Source: an uncultured Bacilli bacterium
GTDB lineage: Bacteria > Bacillota_I > Bacilli_A > RF39 > UBA660
Direction: 5' to 3'
Length of the DNA stretch: 64,000 nt
Assembly (NCBI GenBank): GCA_934148015.1
Contig: CAKPCU010000001.1
Location: forward strand, 27,148-91,147
Part shown: piece by piece, positions 60,854 through 64,000 of the stretch
Numbering within the stretch: position 1 is the first letter of the stretch
Layout of the letters: the number at the start of each line of letters is the position of its first letter
The notes under the pieces: model-generated
What the model saw: the letters and a program-made list of their open reading frames with translations, nothing else
Databases searched by the model: none
Told to the model about the DNA's origin: nothing
Made by a program: the position numbers and the translations under genes

Positions 60854-61606
60854 TTGTTAATAGATTCGCATTGTCATATTTTGAGTTCAGAGTATAAGAA
60901 TCCAAAAGATATAATAGAAAATAGTAAGCTATGTGGTGTAGATAAAATGATTATTAATGGATTTGATTTAGAAAGTAGTAGGGAAGCTATTACATTAGCT
61001 AACAATTATGATTACGTATATGCATCTATTGGTATAGGACCTGAAAATATTGATAATATATGTGAGAATGACTTCTTAGAATTTGAAAAATTAATAAATA
61101 AAGGTAAAATAGTTGCTATAGGTGAAATAGGTCTTGATTATTATTGGACTAAAGAAAATAAGGAAAAACAAATATATGTATTTGAAAATATGTTAGCTTT
61201 AGCTAAAAAATATAATTTACCTGTTATAGTACATTGTAGGCAGGCAATAAAAGATACGTATGAATTATTAAAGAAATATAAAATAAATGGTATATTACAT
61301 TGCTTTTCGGGTAGCGCAGAGTCTGCAAAGGAATTTATTAAATTAGGTTTTTTAATTGGAATAGGGGGAGTAGTTACGTTCAAAAATGCTAAGGAGATAA
61401 AAGAGATTGTAAAAGAAATAGATTTAAGTAATATTTCTCTAGAAACAGATAGTCCTTATTTATCACCAGAACCCTTAAGAGGAAAGGTTAATGTACCTAA
61501 AAATATAATATACGTAGCAAGAAAAATTGCTGAGTTAAAAAGTGTTAGTTTAAAAGAGGTTTTAGAGGTAACTTCTTCCAATGTGACCAGTAAATTTGAC
61601 TTATAA
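60854..61606 (+). CDS. tatD: TatD-family metal-dependent hydrolase (YabD)
   Basis: TTG start after GGAGGTG RBS: LLIDSHCHI..., conserved GEIGLDYYW, HCRQA, HCFSG motifs. Track ORF begins at an upstream ATG without RBS. Confidence 0.85.
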   Translation: MLIDSHCHILSSEYKNPKDIIENSKLCGVDKMIINGFDLESSREAITLANNYDYVYASIGIGPENIDNICENDFLEFEKLINKGKIVAIGEIGLDYYWTKENKEKQIYVFENMLALAKKYNLPVIVHCRQAIKDTYELLKKYKINGILHCFSGSAESAKEFIKLGFLIGIGGVVTFKNAKEIKEIVKEIDLSNISLETDSPYLSPEPLRGKVNVPKNIIYVARKIAELKSVSLKEVLEVTSSNVTSKFDL

Positions 61607-61660
61607 GTGTATTTATGGTAGAATTAAGACCGAATCTTAAAAGATTTATGAGGTGGAAAA

Positions 61661-62287
61661 GTGAAAAATTTAAATAGAAAAATTAAATTTGCCATAATCA
61701 TTTCATGTATTTGTTTAGTGGCATTAATTTGTTTTTCAAAAGTAGGAATATTATTTACGTCAAGTAATGATAATATTATAACTGTTTCAACTACTAATAA
61801 AACTTTTGATCCAAAAAGTTATGTTGCTTCTGTAGCTAGCATAAATAAAGAAAAACATATAGAAACTAGTACAACAGAAACAACAATAAGTACAACAACG
61901 AATAGTACTACTACAACAATTCAAACTACAACTACAACGGTGAAGACAACTACATTACCAGCTAATGATTGGACCGGGGATGTTTTATCTAAAAGTAAAG
62001 GTGCAATATATGGGCCATCTGGTAAAGAGACATATTATAATTTAGATATGTCTCGGGTTGTTAGAGCAATGAGACATGCTGGTTACTCTGAAGAGGAATA
62101 CCCATATTGGATTCGTGAAGATGGTGTTAAAATGCTAGGTAGTTATGTTATGGTAGCTGCAAATTATGAAATTCGTCCAAAAGGAACTATAATACAAAGC
62201 TCACTTGGATATGCAATAGTTTGTGATACTGGGGGTTTCGCTAGAAATAATCCAACACAATTAGATATTGCTGTTTCATGGAGATAA
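61661..62287 (+). CDS. 3D-domain cell-wall protein (YabE/RlpA-like) with Thr-rich linker
   Basis: GTG start; signal anchor; TTTxTT linker; C-terminal 3D-like domain ...GYAIVCDTGGF... Confidence 0.6.
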   Translation: MKNLNRKIKFAIIISCICLVALICFSKVGILFTSSNDNIITVSTTNKTFDPKSYVASVASINKEKHIETSTTETTISTTTNSTTTTIQTTTTTVKTTTLPANDWTGDVLSKSKGAIYGPSGKETYYNLDMSRVVRAMRHAGYSEEEYPYWIREDGVKMLGSYVMVAANYEIRPKGTIIQSSLGYAIVCDTGGFARNNPTQLDIAVSWR

Positions 62288-62350
62288 TAAAAAAGAAACA
62301 AATAATAAGCTTATGGTTTAATTATTTGTTTTTTAGATTAGAGGTTACAT

Positions 62351-63166
62351 ATGAATACAAAACAAATATTACAAAGTAACAATTTTAAATTTAAAAAAAA
62401 GTTTGGACAAAACTTTTTATTAGATGATAATATACTAAATAACATAGTATCACTAGGTAGTTTAGATGATGATACACTAGTAATTGAAATTGGAGTTGGA
62501 GCTGCTGCACTTACTAAGAAAACTAGTAAAAAAGCAGGATATGTATTAGGTTATGAAATAGATAGTACCCTAAAAGAACCGTTAAATGAAATTTTAAAAG
62601 ATTATAATAATATAAATATTATATATGATGATTTTTTAAATAGAAACATAAAAGAAGATATAAAAAAATATAATTATAAAAAAATAGTAGTAGTAGCAAA
62701 TTTACCATACTATATAACAACTCCTATAATAACTAAATTTATAGAAGAAAAAATAGATGTATCTAGTATAATAGTAATGGTACAAAATGAAGTTGCAAAT
62801 AGGTTTTCTGCATCAGTTAAGACAAAAGAATATAACTCTCTTACTATATTTTTAAATTACTACTTTAATATTAAAAAAGCATTTTTTGTTTCAAGAAACG
62901 TTTTTTACCCAAAACCAAATGTTGATTCTGCAGTAGTAGTATTTACCAAGAAAGAAGATAAGCTTTATGTAAAAGATGAAGATAAATTCTTTAAATTAGT
63001 AAAAGATTCTTTTAAACAAAAAAGAAAAACATTAAAAAATAATTTAAAAGACTATAATTTAGAAAATATAAATAGTACTTTAAAAAAATATAATAAGGAT
63101 ATAAATTGCAGGGCAGAGAGTATTACAATAGAAGAATTTGCTGATATATCAAATAATTTAAATTAA
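62351..63166 (+). CDS. rsmA: 16S rRNA (adenine1518/1519-N6)-dimethyltransferase
   Basis: 271 aa; KKKFGQNFLLD, SAM motif VIEIGVGAAAL, NLPYYITTPI. Confidence 0.95.
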   Translation: MNTKQILQSNNFKFKKKFGQNFLLDDNILNNIVSLGSLDDDTLVIEIGVGAAALTKKTSKKAGYVLGYEIDSTLKEPLNEILKDYNNINIIYDDFLNRNIKEDIKKYNYKKIVVVANLPYYITTPIITKFIEEKIDVSSIIVMVQNEVANRFSASVKTKEYNSLTIFLNYYFNIKKAFFVSRNVFYPKPNVDSAVVVFTKKEDKLYVKDEDKFFKLVKDSFKQKRKTLKNNLKDYNLENINSTLKKYNKDINCRAESITIEEFADISNNLN

Positions 63167-63211
63167 AATTAAACAGTAATGTTTAGTTTTTTTTTACATA
63201 TAATTTCTTAG

Positions 63212-63964
63212 GTGATAAATATGTTTAAAATAAATGATTTAGTTTCTAGAAAATCTCATGGCAATGATGTTGTATTTAAAATAGTTGAAATAGATGGTGA
63301 AATAGCATATTTAACTGGAATAGATATTAGATTATGTGCTGATAGTTTTTTAGATGACTTAGTTCTAGTAGATAGATTATCTAACAGTGATGATAATTTT
63401 TATAAAAAAATAAACGAAATAAGGAATTTTTCACGAAGTGATTATTTTTATTTACCAGGTAAAATACTTCACATAGATGGGGATAAGGAGTATTTAGATA
63501 GATGTTTAGAATTTTATAAAAAAGCTAATGTTTTAGCATTTGGAGTATATTCTCCAGAAAATAAAATGCCAGAAAATATAGAAAAGTATTTGGAAGATAT
63601 TAATCCAGATATTGTTGTTATAACAGGACACGATTCCAAAATAAAAAATAATTCTACATATTTTTGTGAAGCTGTTAAGGTATGCAGAAAATATCAAAAA
63701 GATTATGATAAATTAATAGTTATCGCAGGAGCTTGCCAATCAGAATATGAAAATCTTATAAAATCAGGAGCTAATTTTGCTTCTAGTCCTAAAAAAATTA
63801 ATATACATGCACTTGATCCAGCTATAATAGCACTTTGTCTTAGTTTAACTGATAAGGATAATGAAATAGATTTGTTATCTCTTTTAGATAAAACTAGTAA
63901 TGGTAAAGATGGATTTGGTGGTGTAAAAACAAAAGGTGTTATGACAACGGGATATCCAAGATAA
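63212..63964 (+). CDS. yabG: sporulation-specific protease YabG
   Basis: 250 aa; follows rsmA as yabG does in Bacillus/Clostridium; conserved DIVVITGHD and GAC regions. Confidence 0.7.
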   Translation: MINMFKINDLVSRKSHGNDVVFKIVEIDGEIAYLTGIDIRLCADSFLDDLVLVDRLSNSDDNFYKKINEIRNFSRSDYFYLPGKILHIDGDKEYLDRCLEFYKKANVLAFGVYSPENKMPENIEKYLEDINPDIVVITGHDSKIKNNSTYFCEAVKVCRKYQKDYDKLIVIAGACQSEYENLIKSGANFASSPKKINIHALDPAIIALCLSLTDKDNEIDLLSLLDKTSNGKDGFGGVKTKGVMTTGYPR

Positions 63965-63972
63965 GGAGGAGT

Positions 63973-64000
63973 AATGATACAAGAAATAAAAAAATCAGTT
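63973..64000 (+). CDS. start of a downstream gene (possibly veg-like), truncated by window end
   Basis: RBS AAGGAGGAG then ATG ATA CAA GAA ATA AAA AAA TCA GTT; only 9 codons visible. Confidence 0.25.

Overview
This window is about 26-28% GC and covers the chromosomal replication-origin region of a spore-forming, low-GC Firmicute. Its gene order is Bacillus-like but strongly compacted.

Minus strand, positions 1-40730: trxB (partial), lgt, uvrA, two DUF4190 genes, uvrB, a group of three hypothetical genes, an M23 peptidase with ftsX and ftsE, yitT, prfB, an ABC transporter with a GntR regulator, secA, hpf, csp, an agr quorum-sensing locus (agrB-agrD on the plus strand, agrA-agrC convergent on the minus strand), mreB/mbl, a spoIIQ-like gene, spoIID, rpiB, an Asn-rich low-complexity protein, rsmG, mnmG, mnmE, an inserted zincin-like protease, jag, yidC, rnpA and rpmH.

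Plus strand, after a DnaA-box-rich oriC: dnaA, dnaN, a comK-like gene, recF, gyrB, gyrA, SRP RNA, tadA, dnaX, ybaB, recR, bofA, holB, yaaT, yabB, pth, mfd, spoVT, tatD, yabE-like, rsmA, yabG.

Features missing from or truncated in the ORF track:
- the programmed +1 frameshift of prfB
- a 41-aa AgrD autoinducer precursor
- a 39-aa L34 gene
- a small SRP RNA
- four parS sites, two of them inside dnaX
- two DnaA-box clusters
- a YcxB-like gene split at an A7 slippery tract
- a DUF1016 nuclease remnant
- an edge-truncated trxB

No CRISPR array, rRNA, tRNA or obvious mobile element was seen.
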